From an uncultured Actinomycetes bacterium (GTDB lineage: Bacteria > Actinomycetota > Actinomycetes > S36-B12 > UBA10799), in contig CAMPEQ010000008.1 of NCBI GenBank assembly GCA_946803585.1, positions 141,786 to 205,785 on the forward strand: a DNA stretch of 64,000 nt. Direction: 5' to 3'. Position numbers and translations under genes: made by a program. Shown here piece after piece: positions 19,975-31,180 of this stretch (position 1 is its first letter; the number at the start of each line of letters is the position of its first letter). Below the pieces are notes generated by a model, which was given only the letters and a program-made list of their open reading frames with translations, did no database searches and was not told the origin of the DNA.

Positions 19975-22599
19975 TCAGTCAGTCAGCATCGGTAGACGAG
20001 AAGGTGCGCTCGCGTAGGTCGTTGTGCGCTCACGGGTAGGTCGGTCTGCCCGCCTCGCTACGTCCTTCAGTTGCTCGACCGACATCTGGGAACCAAATTC
20101 CGATCCAGCCATCCGCGAGATCGTCTCCTCCATCAGGGTGCCGCCAAGGTCGTTCGCTCCTGCGTTAAGGAGCTCGGCGCAGCCATCTGGGCCGAGCTTG
20201 ACCCAAGAAACCTGAATATTGTCGATTGATTCATGCAGCATCAAACGAGCCATAGCGGTGACAGCAATGTCGTCTCGCTTAGTTGAACCTGGCCGAGCAA
20301 CCCCCGCCAAGTACAACGGCGCGTTGTGATGAACGAACGGTAATCCGACGAACTCCGTGAACCCACCGGTGCGCGATTGCACTTCACGCAGCAATCGCAG
20401 ATGCCGAACCCAATGGATCGGCGCGTCAACGTGCCCGTACATCATCGTCGAACTACTCGGTAGTCCAACCTCGTGCGCCGTGGTGACGACGTCGATCCAA
20501 CCAGCGGTTGGGAGCTTCCCCTTTGTCAAGATCCAGCGAATATCGTCATCCAGGATCTCAGCGGCGGTACCGGGGATTGAGTCCAGTCCCGCCTCCTTTG
20601 CGGTGGTCAGCCATTCGCGAACGGTCATCCCGGAACGGGTAGCGCCGTTCATTACCTCCATCGGACTAAACGCGTGCAGATGGATATCGCGGCGCCGGGA
20701 CTTAACCGCTCGAGCCAAATCGAAGTACGCGGTCCCGGGTAAGTCGGGATGGATTCCGCCCTGCATGCAAATCTCAGTTGCCCCGGCGATCCAGGCATCG
20801 TCGACGCGGTCACCGACTTGATCGGCGGTGAGGGTGAAGGCGTCCGCGTCAGTCTTGCGTTGCGCGAACGCACAAAACCGGCAGCCGGTGTAGCAAACAT
20901 TCGTGAAGTTCAAGTTGCGATTGACCACATAGGTGACGTCCGGCCCGACGATCGCCCGCCGCACGTCATCAGCCAGCCGCGTCAGCTGAGTCAATGCGTG
21001 GCCAGAGGCTGACATCAGCGCAAGCGCGAACTCCTCATTGCGCGGGTCCGCGAGCGCACCCGGGTTATCGGCAGCGAGGCGAAGCCCTGCCTTCGTCGCG
21101 GTGTCTAGCGGTTCGTGTCCCGCACGTCGGCTCGCCCCGCGGCCCGTCGTTGCGCGCGCGTCAACCCGGGCTGCTAACTCATCCCAATCTCCGTAGACAT
21201 CGTCAAAGTCACTTCGGCGATCTGCCGTTCTCCCGGTGACGTCGATTGTCTGGTCTAGTTCTGTCCGGCCACCTGCCTGAGTGCTGGCGAAAGCATCGTA
21301 GGAGTAGTCGCCCCGCTGCCATACTCGCCCTGCTGGCCGGGCAGTCGGATCAGCCAAGCCATCAGCAGTCGCCAAGACGGCGACGTGATCTCCTACATGC
21401 GGATCAATCCACTGCGCTCCGGTCACATATTCCGGATGCGCGGTCAACCGCGGAGTAAGGGTGAACCCGGCCGCTCGGGTAACCGTCCGCATCGTGTCCA
21501 GGGAGGGCCACGGCCGCTCCGGATTCACGTGGTCTGCCGTCACAGGGCTGATACCACCCCAGTCGTCGACTCCCGCCGCGATCAATGAAGCAAGCTCATT
21601 CTCGTCGCTGAGATTCGGTGGGGCCTGGATCCTAATGCGGGGGCCCAGTAGAATCCTCGCGGTCGCCAACGTCGCTAAGTACTCCCCGGCTGACAAGTCC
21701 GCCTCGTCCGCCATAGCTGTGGCAGGCTTCGCCCGAAAGTTCTGAATGATCACTTCTTGAATGTGGTTGTACTCCAGGGCTGTCCGCCGGAGTTCACGCA
21801 ACGAATGAACGACTTCTTGTGTCGTCTCCCCAATGCCGATCAGCAAGCCGGTGGTGAAAGGAATCGCCAAGCGACCCGCATCATCTAGGACTCGTAATCG
21901 GACCGCCGGATCTTTATCTGGTGACCCGTAGTGGACCTCCCCTAGAGTCGAGAACAACCGCCGCGACGTCGTCTCCAACATCATTCCCATCGACGGCGCA
22001 ACGGGGCGCAGTCTGGCTAACTCATCCCACGACATAACGCCGGGATTCAAGTGGGGAAGAAGACCCGTCTCTTCCAACACCAAGATGGCCATCGCTCGCA
22101 GGTACGCCAGGGTGCTGTCGTAGCCACGCGCGTCCAACCACTCGCGCGCCGCCGACCATCGATCCTCTGGACGATCACCTAGGGTGAACAGCGCCTCAAA
22201 GCAGCCGTTGGCAGCGCCCTGCCGGGCAATCGCTAGCACCTCCTCCGGTTCCAGAAAGAACCCGAGTTCTGCCTCGCGGAGTTTCGCTGGTGAAGCAACG
22301 AAAGTGCAGTAATGGCAGCGGTCCCGACACAGCCTCGTCAGCGGGATGAACACCTTGGGCGAGTACGTAATGATCTTGCCGAAACCTCGGGCCGTAACAC
22401 CCTGGTCACGGACTCGGGCAGCGACCGTCATCAACGCCTCGAGGTCCTCACCTCGCGCTGCCAAGAGCGCGACTGCCTCGCCATCATCAATCGACTGACC
22501 ACGATCTGCCCTGCTGATTGCCCGACGGATCTGACCCGGTGTGGATGACGAGTTGGACGCGGCTGTGCCAGTCGGTTCTGCCCGCCTTCTACTGCCCAC
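19975..22599 (-). CDS. fbiC: FO synthase, fused CofG/CofH (7,8-didemethyl-8-hydroxy-5-deazariboflavin synthase)
   Basis: 874 aa with two radical-SAM cysteine motifs, [10 protein letters not shown] and [10 protein letters not shown]. Typical actinobacterial FbiC length. Confidence 0.93.
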   Translation of the reverse strand: MGSRRRAEPTGTAASNSSSTPGQIRRAISRADRGQSIDDGEAVALLAARGEDLEALMTVAARVRDQGVTARGFGKIITYSPKVFIPLTRLCRDRCHYCTFVASPAKLREAELGFFLEPEEVLAIARQGAANGCFEALFTLGDRPEDRWSAAREWLDARGYDSTLAYLRAMAILVLEETGLLPHLNPGVMSWDELARLRPVAPSMGMMLETTSRRLFSTLGEVHYGSPDKDPAVRLRVLDDAGRLAIPFTTGLLIGIGETTQEVVHSLRELRRTALEYNHIQEVIIQNFRAKPATAMADEADLSAGEYLATLATARILLGPRIRIQAPPNLSDENELASLIAAGVDDWGGISPVTADHVNPERPWPSLDTMRTVTRAAGFTLTPRLTAHPEYVTGAQWIDPHVGDHVAVLATADGLADPTARPAGRVWQRGDYSYDAFASTQAGGRTELDQTIDVTGRTADRRSDFDDVYGDWDELAARVDARATTGRGASRRAGHEPLDTATKAGLRLAADNPGALADPRNEEFALALMSASGHALTQLTRLADDVRRAIVGPDVTYVVNRNLNFTNVCYTGCRFCAFAQRKTDADAFTLTADQVGDRVDDAWIAGATEICMQGGIHPDLPGTAYFDLARAVKSRRRDIHLHAFSPMEVMNGATRSGMTVREWLTTAKEAGLDSIPGTAAEILDDDIRWILTKGKLPTAGWIDVVTTAHEVGLPSSSTMMYGHVDAPIHWVRHLRLLREVQSRTGGFTEFVGLPFVHHNAPLYLAGVARPGSTKRDDIAVTAMARLMLHESIDNIQVSWVKLGPDGCAELLNAGANDLGGTLMEETISRMAGSEFGSQMSVEQLKDVARRADRPTRERTTTYASAPSRLPMLTD

Positions 22600-22638
22600 G
22601 AGAAGTCAGCGTAGATGGCCCCTGGGAGGATCGACCTC

Positions 22639-23652
22639 ATGCAGGTAGCAGTTCTGGCTGGCGGTATCGGCGCCGCGCGGTTCCTCAAGGGCCTCGTCGA
22701 CGTCACCACAAGCACACACGAGCACAAGTCCATCACCGTTGTCGGCAACACCGGTGATGACATTCGAATGTTCGGATTGCAGGTGTGCCCCGACCTCGAC
22801 TCGGTGATGTACACCCTCGGGGGCGGCGCCGACGAAGAGCGTGGCTGGGGTCGTCAGGATGAGACCTTCACCGTCCTGGAGGAGTTGCGCCGCTACGGGG
22901 CGCAACCAGACTGGTTCAATTTGGGCGATCGCGACTTTGCTACCCACATAATTCGCAGCCAAATGATCGCTGCCGGGTACTCGCTGTCGAAGGTGACCCA
23001 GGCCCTGTCGACGCGCTGGCAACTTCCACTAGACCTCATTCCTATGAGTGACGACCGGGTCGAGACCCACGTCGTGGTCGGCGACAGCCAGTCCGGAGCC
23101 AAGAAGGCCATCCATTTCCAGGAGTGGTGGGTCAAACACCGCGCGGAGCTTCCAGCACATGAGTTTGTCTACATCGGGGCAGACCAAGCGCGGCCCGCTT
23201 CGGGCATCATCGAAGCGATTCGAGATGCCGATCTCATCGTTGTTCCCCCGTCGAACCCGGTCGTGTCGATCGCGCCGATCCTCGCAGTGCCGGGAATCCG
23301 CGCCGCTATTGCCCAATCGGGCGCGCCCGTCGTTGGGATATCGCCGATTGTCGGCGGAGAACCGGTGCGCGGTATGGCTGATCAGTGCCTACAGGCGATT
23401 GGTGTTGCGACCAGTGCCCAAGGCGTCGCCGAGCACTACGGCCGCCGTGAGGACGGCGGGCTCCTCGACGGATGGATCGTGGATAGTCTCGATTCGGAGG
23501 CAGTGCAGCCACTACAGGCGCAAGGGTTCATCGTGGCGGAAACGGACACGATCTTTAGCCATCCTGGAGTCAGCAACGCCGTCGCGCAACTGACCCTAGA
23601 CCTTGGTCGCGCTGTGTCCACTACACGCTCATCCGGGCAGCCAACCAGATGA
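22639..23652 (+). CDS. fbiA: 2-phospho-L-lactate transferase (CofD/FbiA)
   Basis: [20 protein letters not shown]-terminus typical of CofD. The ATG at 22639 has GGGAGGA 8 nt upstream. The track ORF starts at 22615. Confidence 0.9.
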   Translation: MQVAVLAGGIGAARFLKGLVDVTTSTHEHKSITVVGNTGDDIRMFGLQVCPDLDSVMYTLGGGADEERGWGRQDETFTVLEELRRYGAQPDWFNLGDRDFATHIIRSQMIAAGYSLSKVTQALSTRWQLPLDLIPMSDDRVETHVVVGDSQSGAKKAIHFQEWWVKHRAELPAHEFVYIGADQARPASGIIEAIRDADLIVVPPSNPVVSIAPILAVPGIRAAIAQSGAPVVGISPIVGGEPVRGMADQCLQAIGVATSAQGVAEHYGRREDGGLLDGWIVDSLDSEAVQPLQAQGFIVAETDTIFSHPGVSNAVAQLTLDLGRAVSTTRSSGQPTR

Positions 23653-25016
23653 CATCGCGCGGACTACAGGTCGTCTCGGTTGCCGGGATTGGTGAGGTCA
23701 GCGAGTCCACTGACCTCGTCGCCGAACTCATCGCACTGCTGCCGGAGCTGAGGTGGCCCGATGGTTCTACCGGGCTAGCCGACGGGGACATCGTCGCGGT
23801 CACAAGCAAAGTCGTGGCAAAAGCAGAGGGCCAAACCCGGCGCGCAGTCGATCGCGAACAAGCAATCACCGAACAAACTGACCGGGTTGTCGCTACCCGC
23901 ACCACCGAGCACGCAGTCACACGAATAGTCGCCACTAAGCACGGATTCGTCATGGCCGCGGCAGGTGTTGACGCCTCCGAGACTGAGCCAGGGACTGTCA
24001 TCCTGCTGCCGCAGAATCCAGACGCGTCAGCCCAACAACTACGTGATGGCCTACTCGCCGAACTGCCAGTGAACCAGCTAGGGCTGATTATCACCGACAC
24101 CTTCGGCCGACCGTGGCGCGATGGCGTCACCGACCTCACGATTGGTTCGGCCGGGGTAAAGACGATGCTCGACTACCGTGGCCAACAAGATCGCTACGGC
24201 AATCGGCTTGAGGCTACGGTGACGGCTGTCGCTGATCAGTTGGCCGGAGCGGCGGAACTCGCCTCGGGAAAGACAACCGGCACCCCCGTGATGGTTATCC
24301 GTGGAGCGGCCCACCTGCTCCTGCCAGCCGAGTCACCCGACGAGGGCGCTAAGGCCCTTCTGCGCGACCCTGCCGCCGATCTCTTCTCGTTAGGAACCGC
24401 CGAGGCAGTTGCTCAGGGTCGCCGCGAGGCGGTCTATCACCGTAGAACGATCAGGCAGTTCACAGACCAACCCGTGAGCGATGCCAGCATCGCCAGTGCC
24501 GTCGCTGCAGCGATTAGTGCACCGGCACCACATCACACGACACCGTGGCGTTTTCTGCATCTAAAGGACCCTGATCTGCGCCAGACCCTGTTCGACGCAA
24601 TGCGTGAACAGTGGATCAATGATCTTCAGCGCCTCGATAGCTACTCTGCGGAATCGGTGACCAAACGAGTCAAACGCGGCGATGTACTTCGCAATGCGCC
24701 GACAGTTGTCCTACCTTTCCTCGCTCTGGCCGAAGCAGCTCACAGCTATCCAGACGACCCGCGTAATGGATACGAGCGGGACCTGTTCATGGTGGCTGGC
24801 GGTGCTGCTGTGCAGAATCTTCTGATTGCACTGGCAGCACAAGGGCTAGGTTCAGCGTGGATTAGCTCGACCGTCTTCTGCCCAGATGTGGTGCGGGAGG
24901 TACTCGATCTTCCGCCGGACTGGCAACCGCTAGGTGGGGTGGCCGTTGGCTATCCCAGTGCGCAGGCTGCGCATCGCGCACCCCGCTCCACAAGTGACTA
25001 CCTACAGACCATCTAG
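23649..25016 (+). CDS. fbiB: Bifunctional F420-0:gamma-glutamyl ligase / dehydro-F420-0 reductase (CofE plus nitroreductase domain)
   Basis: 455 aa. The N-terminal CofE-like half ([12 protein letters not shown]) is fused to a C-terminal nitroreductase-like half. ATGA overlap with the fbiA stop. Confidence 0.9.
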   Translation: MTSRGLQVVSVAGIGEVSESTDLVAELIALLPELRWPDGSTGLADGDIVAVTSKVVAKAEGQTRRAVDREQAITEQTDRVVATRTTEHAVTRIVATKHGFVMAAAGVDASETEPGTVILLPQNPDASAQQLRDGLLAELPVNQLGLIITDTFGRPWRDGVTDLTIGSAGVKTMLDYRGQQDRYGNRLEATVTAVADQLAGAAELASGKTTGTPVMVIRGAAHLLLPAESPDEGAKALLRDPAADLFSLGTAEAVAQGRREAVYHRRTIRQFTDQPVSDASIASAVAAAISAPAPHHTTPWRFLHLKDPDLRQTLFDAMREQWINDLQRLDSYSAESVTKRVKRGDVLRNAPTVVLPFLALAEAAHSYPDDPRNGYERDLFMVAGGAAVQNLLIALAAQGLGSAWISSTVFCPDVVREVLDLPPDWQPLGGVAVGYPSAQAAHRAPRSTSDYLQTI

Positions 25017-25979
25017 CTAGAACTTGCGCATATCCTGCACCGTCATCCGTGGACCCCGTCGCGGCATACCGTGGCGGCCTAGCTCCACGAGTCGCTGGAT
25101 TCGGTACCTGTGACCTGCATATGGCTGCAATACCTGTGCAAGCCGCTCATCGGTCCCCGCTTGCTCCCCCGTGAGCGTGTATACGATGTGCTTAGCCAGA
25201 TGGTAGTCGCGATAGGACACGGCGTCGCTATCCCCAAGCGCCCGCTGAGCCACCTCTGCCGTCGTCCAAATCCCTACACCAGGGATCTGCCGTAGCCGCT
25301 CGTTCGCTATCACTGCCCGGGCGTGGGTGATTTCCTCGATTGAGTTGGCATGTCGTGCCGCCGCCATCGCCGTCACGGCGCGCGCCTTGTCGACGCTTGC
25401 CCGATGCCACTCCCACGACGGAATACTCGTCCACACTGGCGGCGCGGGCATAACCTTCAGATTCGGTGGTGCACCGCTTGGCGCGGGCGCCGGAGTGCCA
25501 AAAGTGTTGACGAGGGTTCGCCAGCCCAGCCACGCCTCTTTGCCGGTCACCTTCTGTTCCAGGATTGCCGGAAGCAGTGCCTCGAGGACGAGGCCCGTGC
25601 GCCCTACCCGCCAATCTCGGTGCGTCGATGCCGTTTGCCTTAGCGCTGGGGGCGGGACGAACCCCGTCGGATCGTCATCGCTGCCGAGTAGGGTCGGCAG
25701 TCGGTCACACAGCCAATCGGCACCCGGCCCAAATGAGCGTTGAACAACCTCCTGCGAGCCGCGATCGACCCACAGTCGCTCAACTCCCGGACCCGCCGGT
25801 GTTAGCGAGGTACGCCAGAAGCCGCCGCTGGCATCGAGTGCCCAAGTCGGATCACCCGTACCGCGTAACAGCGGACCTAGCTGCGCTCGAAGGTCAATCT
25901 GGCGATCAGTTCGCCATCGACGAGCCAGTTCCCGCTCGCTCACCGCTAAATGTCGCGTAGTCGTCGAGCAAACGCCCAC
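25017..25979 (-). CDS. DNA-3-methyladenine glycosylase II family protein (AlkA-like, HhH-GPD)
   Basis: 320 aa. Helix-hairpin-helix LRQIPGVGIWTAEVAQRAL followed by a D residue region. The start is uncertain: the GTG at 25979 overlaps the upstream CPBP gene by 34 nt, and the alternative is a GTG at 25943. Confidence 0.75.
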   Translation of the reverse strand: MGVCSTTTRHLAVSERELARRWRTDRQIDLRAQLGPLLRGTGDPTWALDASGGFWRTSLTPAGPGVERLWVDRGSQEVVQRSFGPGADWLCDRLPTLLGSDDDPTGFVPPPALRQTASTHRDWRVGRTGLVLEALLPAILEQKVTGKEAWLGWRTLVNTFGTPAPAPSGAPPNLKVMPAPPVWTSIPSWEWHRASVDKARAVTAMAAARHANSIEEITHARAVIANERLRQIPGVGIWTTAEVAQRALGDSDAVSYRDYHLAKHIVYTLTGEQAGTDERLAQVLQPYAGHRYRIQRLVELGRHGMPRRGPRMTVQDMRKF

Positions 25980-26644
25980 GAGACCGCTAGCCCGATCCCG
26001 TTGAGCGAAGCATGTAGCACCATGGGCGGGAAGAGGCTGCCGGAGATTCCCCGCAGCAGACAGAAGCCAACCCCTGCGGCGCCTGTGCCGACCACGGTCA
26101 GTACGACGCTCGTCGCCTTCGCGCGAAAGCCCTGCCCCAAGACATCGGCTGCACCGCTGTTCTCGTGAAAATCCAGCGAAGGCAGCACGTGCCAGAATCC
26201 GAAGACAATAGAGCTAACGATGACGCCGGCGGTCCAACCCCATCCTTGAGCCACCACAGCGAGCAGCACCCCTCGAAAGGCGGTCTCCTCGAGAAGGGCT
26301 GTTCCGAACGGGATTCGAATAGTGGAGTTATAGAGGACACTGCGCCACCCTTGTTCGGCCGCGCGCTTGTCGTTGAATCCCCGCCTTGCCGCCGGGATAC
26401 TCGCCGCGATTGCGTAAAAAGCTGCCACCGCGAGAAAAACGCCAAGGGACCAAATCAGGCCGGGCTGCCACGAGTCACGATCAAGTCCTAGTGCCTTCCA
26501 AGACAGGCCATCGAATCGCGCGATCGCGAGTAGAACTCCAGTCGCGACGAGACAAATCAGCAGGTAGTGCTGTTTGGCCCACTTGTTGTTGAGCAAGTTG
26601 ACAACAACCAACACCACAATGACGGCGATGGTTGAAATCCACAT
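25946..26644 (-). CDS. CPBP-family intramembrane glutamic endopeptidase (second copy)
   Basis: 232 aa, TM-rich, with EETAFRGVLL, FGFWHV and HASLNG motifs. Confidence 0.85.
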   Translation of the reverse strand: MWISTIAVIVVLVVVNLLNNKWAKQHYLLICLVATGVLLAIARFDGLSWKALGLDRDSWQPGLIWSLGVFLAVAAFYAIAASIPAARRGFNDKRAAEQGWRSVLYNSTIRIPFGTALLEETAFRGVLLAVVAQGWGWTAGVIVSSIVFGFWHVLPSLDFHENSGAADVLGQGFRAKATSVVLTVVGTGAAGVGFCLLRGISGSLFPPMVLHASLNGIGLAVSWAFARRLRDI

Positions 26645-26665
26645 AACGGCTGAACTACCTCGTCA

Positions 26666-27736
26666 CTAGCTCTGATCCGAGGAGAATCTGATGCTCCCCG
26701 GCGCGATGGTCTGGTTCGGGAAGACCCTGACTCCGTCTAGGAGCTCATTGCCGGCCTCGACTCTGGCGCCGTCACCGACTACAGCACCGCGCACAACGGC
26801 GCCAGCGCCGATGTAGGCCCCTCGACCAATGACACTGCGCTCGATGTGCGCGCCTTCGCCAATAACGGCTTCGTCAAAGAGCACACTCGAAGCTAGGACT
26901 GCCCCCGAGCTGATATGGGAACCCCTGCCCACCACCGAACCACCGGTCACTGTGGCATCGCTGGCGATCTCTGCATCTGCGAGTACAAGGGCTTCCCCAG
27001 TTGGTCCCGGTACGGCCGGAGAGGGCGCGACGCCGCGAACCAAGTCGGCTGAGCCTTGCACGAAGGCCAACGGAGTTCCCAGATCTAGCCAGTAGCAATC
27101 GTCGACGTAGCCGATGACCTTTGCCCCGCGGGCGAGGAGCCCCGGGAAGGTCTCGCGCTCAACCGACACCGGACGCTCGTTTGGGATCTCGTCGATCAGT
27201 GAACGTCGAAACACATAACAGCCCGCATTGATCTGGTCGGTAACGATCTCTTCTGGTGTCTGCGGTTTCTCTAGAAACGCCGTCACGTTGCCATCAGCAT
27301 CCGTCGGAACCAGCCCGAACGCACGCGGATCTTGCACTCGGGTGAGATAGATCGCGACGTCAGCATCGGCATCCCGCCACGCTTGAACAATTCCTGCGAT
27401 ATCCAAACCGGTCAGTACATCACCGTTAAAGATGATGACCGGATCATCCGGGCCCGATTCCAATGCGTCGGCAACGTTGCGGATCGCCCCACCCGTTCCC
27501 AGTGGCACGTCCTCGACCACATAGTCCAGTTCGACCCCGAACTCCTCGCCCGAGCCAAAGTAGTCACTAAACACCTCGGCCTGGTACGACGTCCCTAGGA
27601 TGATTCGCGTGACACCAGCCTCGCGTGCGCGGCCGACTTGGTGCTCGGTCACCGGCACCCCCGCTACTGGCAGCATCGGTTTTGGCGCAGAGATGGTCAA
27701 CGGCCTAAGCCGCGTTCCTTTCCCTCCCACGAGCAT
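26666..27736 (-). CDS. manC: Mannose-1-phosphate guanylyltransferase (NDP-sugar pyrophosphorylase with a left-handed beta-helix C-terminus)
   Basis: MLVGGKGTRLRPLTISAPKPMLPVAG signature. C-terminal hexapeptide-like repeats. The ATG at 27736 has GGAG upstream. The track ORF starts at a GTG at 27751. Confidence 0.88.
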   Translation of the reverse strand: MLVGGKGTRLRPLTISAPKPMLPVAGVPVTEHQVGRAREAGVTRIILGTSYQAEVFSDYFGSGEEFGVELDYVVEDVPLGTGGAIRNVADALESGPDDPVIIFNGDVLTGLDIAGIVQAWRDADADVAIYLTRVQDPRAFGLVPTDADGNVTAFLEKPQTPEEIVTDQINAGCYVFRRSLIDEIPNERPVSVERETFPGLLARGAKVIGYVDDCYWLDLGTPLAFVQGSADLVRGVAPSPAVPGPTGEALVLADAEIASDATVTGGSVVGRGSHISSGAVLASSVLFDEAVIGEGAHIERSVIGRGAYIGAGAVVRGAVVGDGARVEAGNELLDGVRVFPNQTIAPGSIRFSSDQS

Positions 27737-27836
27737 CACAGACTCCAACACGAGGGCTACCCTGCCAGATCACCTGCACCAAGAGTGACGAGAACCCATT
27801 CGACGCACCGATTCATTACATGGCAGGCTGTCCGAT

Positions 27837-28577
27837 GTGCTTATCGACACTGCTCGCCGCGATCCCAGTACGCCGCTTGTCACCTACTACAACCAAGACA
27901 CCGGCGAACGGACCGAGCTATCCACGACGAGCATGCTGAACTGGCAGGCCAAGACTGCCAATCTCCTCCAAGACTCCTACGGACTATCGGCCGAATCGAA
28001 GGTTGGGCTATTCCTGCCGACTCACTGGCTTGTCCCCGTATTCATCGGCGCAGTCGCGGCGATCGGAGCAACTCTGGTTCTACCAAACACTCGGGCAAAG
28101 GATTCGCCGCCTCCTGTGGATCTGGATGTCGCCGTCATCGGACCCACAGAGCTAGCGAATGAACTGCCATCCGCTGACGAGTACCTCGCCTGTTCCCTTC
28201 TACCCATGGCCGCTGGGTTTCGCGACAAACTCCCCGTGGGGATCGACGACTACGCCCACGATGTCCGGGTCCATGGGGACTTCTTCCCCGGCCTCACTGA
28301 TCCGACGGAGTGTCCAAACCTGCAGATCCGCAAGTGGCAAATCGATAAGACATCTGCGGAGCCGATTACGGCCCAGCTAGCCGACGACCTGGCGCTCACC
28401 CGCGGCGACCGGCTACTGATACCGGGCGGACCCGTCACGACTTCGGTAGTGCTTACCCTGTCCAAGATTGCTGACCTCGCGGGTACCACGAGCGTGCTCG
28501 TGGACGGGGCTACAGCGGGCATCCCCGAGCAGGAAAGAGTCACCAGAGTGCTTTCTCGAGACCTGCTAGCGGGGTAG
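27837..28577 (+). CDS. TIGR03089-family protein (actinobacterial, AMP-binding-enzyme-like N-terminal fragment)
   Basis: 246 aa. RDPSTPLVTYYNQDTGERTELSTTSMLNWQAKTANLL matches my memory of this family. It typically neighbours the LCP ligase. Confidence 0.7.
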   Translation: MLIDTARRDPSTPLVTYYNQDTGERTELSTTSMLNWQAKTANLLQDSYGLSAESKVGLFLPTHWLVPVFIGAVAAIGATLVLPNTRAKDSPPPVDLDVAVIGPTELANELPSADEYLACSLLPMAAGFRDKLPVGIDDYAHDVRVHGDFFPGLTDPTECPNLQIRKWQIDKTSAEPITAQLADDLALTRGDRLLIPGGPVTTSVVLTLSKIADLAGTTSVLVDGATAGIPEQERVTRVLSRDLLAG

Positions 28578-28694
28578 CAAGTGGGGTCGACAGACCACCA
28601 AAGTGCCAACTTTGGGCATAGGCGGAACTTCGACCATGGTCGGCGCGTCTGACGATCAGTACTGAAATGACCATAGTTTGGCGAGTCGCGCACT

Positions 28695-28726
28695 ATGCTG
28701 CCCGAATGCGGGCTCAATGCTGCCCG
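28695..28726 (+). promoter_or_regulatory. Tandem 10-bp direct repeat upstream of the LCP gene (candidate regulator binding site)
   Basis: ATGCTGCCCG at 28695-28704 and again at 28717-28726, a 22-bp period. It lies 41-72 bp upstream of the ATG at 28767. Confidence 0.3.
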
Positions 28727-28766
28727 GGATTGTGTGAAGTGACTCCGACAGATCGGACAACGCAGG

Positions 28767-30176
28767 ATGACTGCTGAGGCGACGCGGCGCAGGTGGCCGC
28801 GGGTGATGGCCGCGATTCTATCGTCGTTTGTGCTGCTCGCCACTGCCGCTGCCGGAATCGGCGGTCACTACGCGAATAGCCTCACCGACAACATCCGCAT
28901 CAGTACTGACGGCAACTTCCAGCCAGCTAACACCGAAGGCCCGATCGCCGGTGAGCCAATCAACATTTTGCTGATGGGATCTGACACCCGTCAGGGTAAG
29001 AACAGCAAGGGATACGGAAATAAGAACGTCCTCGAGGGCGCCCGTAGTGACACCACCATTCTGCTGCATATTTCGGGCGACCGCTCACGGGCGTTTGCTG
29101 TCTCCATCCCCCGGGACTCCCTCGTCACGCTACCCACCTGCAAGGCCACCGGCGGAGGCACCGACGGCGGCTACGAGACACGGTTTAACGAGGCCTTCGA
29201 CATCGGTGGCCCTGGCTGCTCGGTCAAGGCCGTCCAACAACTGACCGGAATCAGCATTGACCACTACGTCGTCGTAGATTTCACTGGCTTCAAGGAAGTC
29301 ATCAACGCGCTCGATGGTGTCGAAGTGTGCCTAAAGAAGGACGTCTTCGATGCTGAGGCGAAGCTCGATATGAAGGCAGGCAAACACGTCGTCAAGGGTG
29401 AGGAAGCCCTCGCGTTCGTTCGCGCCCGCAAGGCACTCGGCGACGGCAGTGACATCTCACGGATCGATCGCCAGCAGGAGTTCCTCTCGGCAGCGATTCG
29501 CAAAGCCACCTCCGTTGGAGTACTGACCAATCCTGCGCAACTGCTCTCCGTACTGACGGCGGGAAGTAAGTCGCTGACCGCTGATCCTGGCTTGGCCGAG
29601 TTCGATTCCCTCAAAGAGCTCGCGCTCAACGCCTCTGCGGTCGAACCATCGAGCATCACGTTTGCCACAGTTCCGTTCACCTACAACGACGACGGTGGAA
29701 CGGTCTCGTGGATTCCGAGCGAGGCCGACGAGCTTTGGACCGCAATCAAAGAAGACCAACCCTGGCCCCCACCACCCACAAACGGAGCTGATGGTGAACC
29801 GCTGGTCATGGGACCCGACGAGATCAGCATCAATGTCGAGAACGCGAGTGGTCTACGCGGGAGCGCAGCTCGCGCGTCGCGACTGCTCACGACTGAGGAG
29901 TACACCGTCGTCAGCGAGTCCGACGCCAAGACCGAGGGTCCCTCGGCGATCCTCTACAACCCAAAACGACCCGACCAGGTTGAAGCAGCACGGACTCTTG
30001 GTTACGCCACCGGAATCACACCAACTGCAACCAAGAAGGTTAAGAGCGAGTACATCGTCTTCCAGGTTGGATCTGACTTCGACTATGAACTCGAGGCCGT
30101 TGTGCCCACAAAGCCGACTCCAGCAGCAGAAGCGGCGAAGCCGCGCACTGCCGCTGAGGTCAACTGCTCGAGCTAA
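28767..30176 (+). CDS. LCP-family (LytR-CpsA-Psr) glycopolymer ligase, copy 1
   Basis: 469 aa. N-terminal TM anchor, NILLMGSDTRQG, RSDTTILLHISGD and SIPRDS motifs, and a C-terminal LytR_C-like domain. Confidence 0.9.
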   Translation: MTAEATRRRWPRVMAAILSSFVLLATAAAGIGGHYANSLTDNIRISTDGNFQPANTEGPIAGEPINILLMGSDTRQGKNSKGYGNKNVLEGARSDTTILLHISGDRSRAFAVSIPRDSLVTLPTCKATGGGTDGGYETRFNEAFDIGGPGCSVKAVQQLTGISIDHYVVVDFTGFKEVINALDGVEVCLKKDVFDAEAKLDMKAGKHVVKGEEALAFVRARKALGDGSDISRIDRQQEFLSAAIRKATSVGVLTNPAQLLSVLTAGSKSLTADPGLAEFDSLKELALNASAVEPSSITFATVPFTYNDDGGTVSWIPSEADELWTAIKEDQPWPPPPTNGADGEPLVMGPDEISINVENASGLRGSAARASRLLTTEEYTVVSESDAKTEGPSAILYNPKRPDQVEAARTLGYATGITPTATKKVKSEYIVFQVGSDFDYELEAVVPTKPTPAAEAAKPRTAAEVNCSS

Positions 30177-30179
30177 GGC

Positions 30180-31049
30180 ATGACCGACTTCGGAGTCGTA
30201 CTCCTCACCATGGGAAACCGGCCGACGGAACTGAACCGAGCCCTCGATTCCCTGGCTGCCCAGCAAGACGTCACGCTCGACATCGTCTGTGTCGGAAACG
30301 GCTGGCAGCCGACTGGGCTACCGGGCTATGTCAAGACCGAGTACCTTCCAGAGAACCTCGGGGTCTGTGGGGGACGAAATGCCGGAGTCGCCAGAGTCAA
30401 CGGCGAGCTATTGTTCTTCCTCGACGACGACGCCTGGTTGAGCGATCCGCACTTCCTCGCTCGAGCGCTTGCGCACTTTCGTGCCTGGCCTGACCTCGGC
30501 ATCGTTCAACCGCACGTTCACGATCCAGACGCACCGGTTGATGCTCGCAGGTGGATCCCCCGGCTGCGCAAAGGAGATCCCGCACGGTCGAGCTACGCCT
30601 TCACGCTATGGGAGGGTGCGATCGTTGCCCGCCGAAGCGTTTTTGACGCAATCGGCGGTTTCGGGAACGAGCTCTTCTTCTACCACGAGGGTATTGAACT
30701 CGCCTGGCGCTGCTGGGACCAGGGGAGCATCGTTTGGTACGCGGGAGACCTCGTTGCGCACCATCCCAACACCGAAGCGAAACGCCACGTCGACAACGAG
30801 TTCCACCGACTAATCGCCCGCAACCGTGTGTGGATTGCGCGACGTAATCTTCCTCCTGCGCTCGTCCCCCTCTACGTGGGGAGCTGGACCTTAGTTCAGG
30901 TTCTTCGGTCACGCTCTGATAGGCAAGGGCTAGCCGTGTGGATACAGGGATGGCAGGATGGCTGGCGGAGTGATCCAGGCACTAAGCGGCAACTCCGATG
31001 GCGCACCGTATGGGAGATGACCCGGCGAGGACGCGCACCGATCATCTAG
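30180..31049 (+). CDS. Glycosyltransferase family 2 (WbbL-like position)
   Basis: 289 aa. VVLLTMGNRPTEL..., FLDDDAW (DxD) and GGFGNELFFYHEGIELAWR motifs typical of GT2. Confidence 0.85.
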   Translation: MTDFGVVLLTMGNRPTELNRALDSLAAQQDVTLDIVCVGNGWQPTGLPGYVKTEYLPENLGVCGGRNAGVARVNGELLFFLDDDAWLSDPHFLARALAHFRAWPDLGIVQPHVHDPDAPVDARRWIPRLRKGDPARSSYAFTLWEGAIVARRSVFDAIGGFGNELFFYHEGIELAWRCWDQGSIVWYAGDLVAHHPNTEAKRHVDNEFHRLIARNRVWIARRNLPPALVPLYVGSWTLVQVLRSRSDRQGLAVWIQGWQDGWRSDPGTKRQLRWRTVWEMTRRGRAPII

Positions 31050-31180
31050 CCGCCAATTTCACCGGGCCGATGACGCCAACCAGGCGTACCCGGGTAACAT
31101 CTTGAGAAGGCCATTGCCGTGCAACGAACCTTAGATTCAGCCAATCCGGAGCAGACTCCAACTTGTGAAGGGAGCCACAT

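Noticed and set aside
28598-28615. Hairpin CCAAAGT-GCCA-ACTTTGG, 20 nt after the TIGR03089 stop, as a possible terminator.
   Set aside because: It has only 7 mostly A/T base pairs and no U-tract, and the downstream LCP gene is on the same strand. That is too weak to call.
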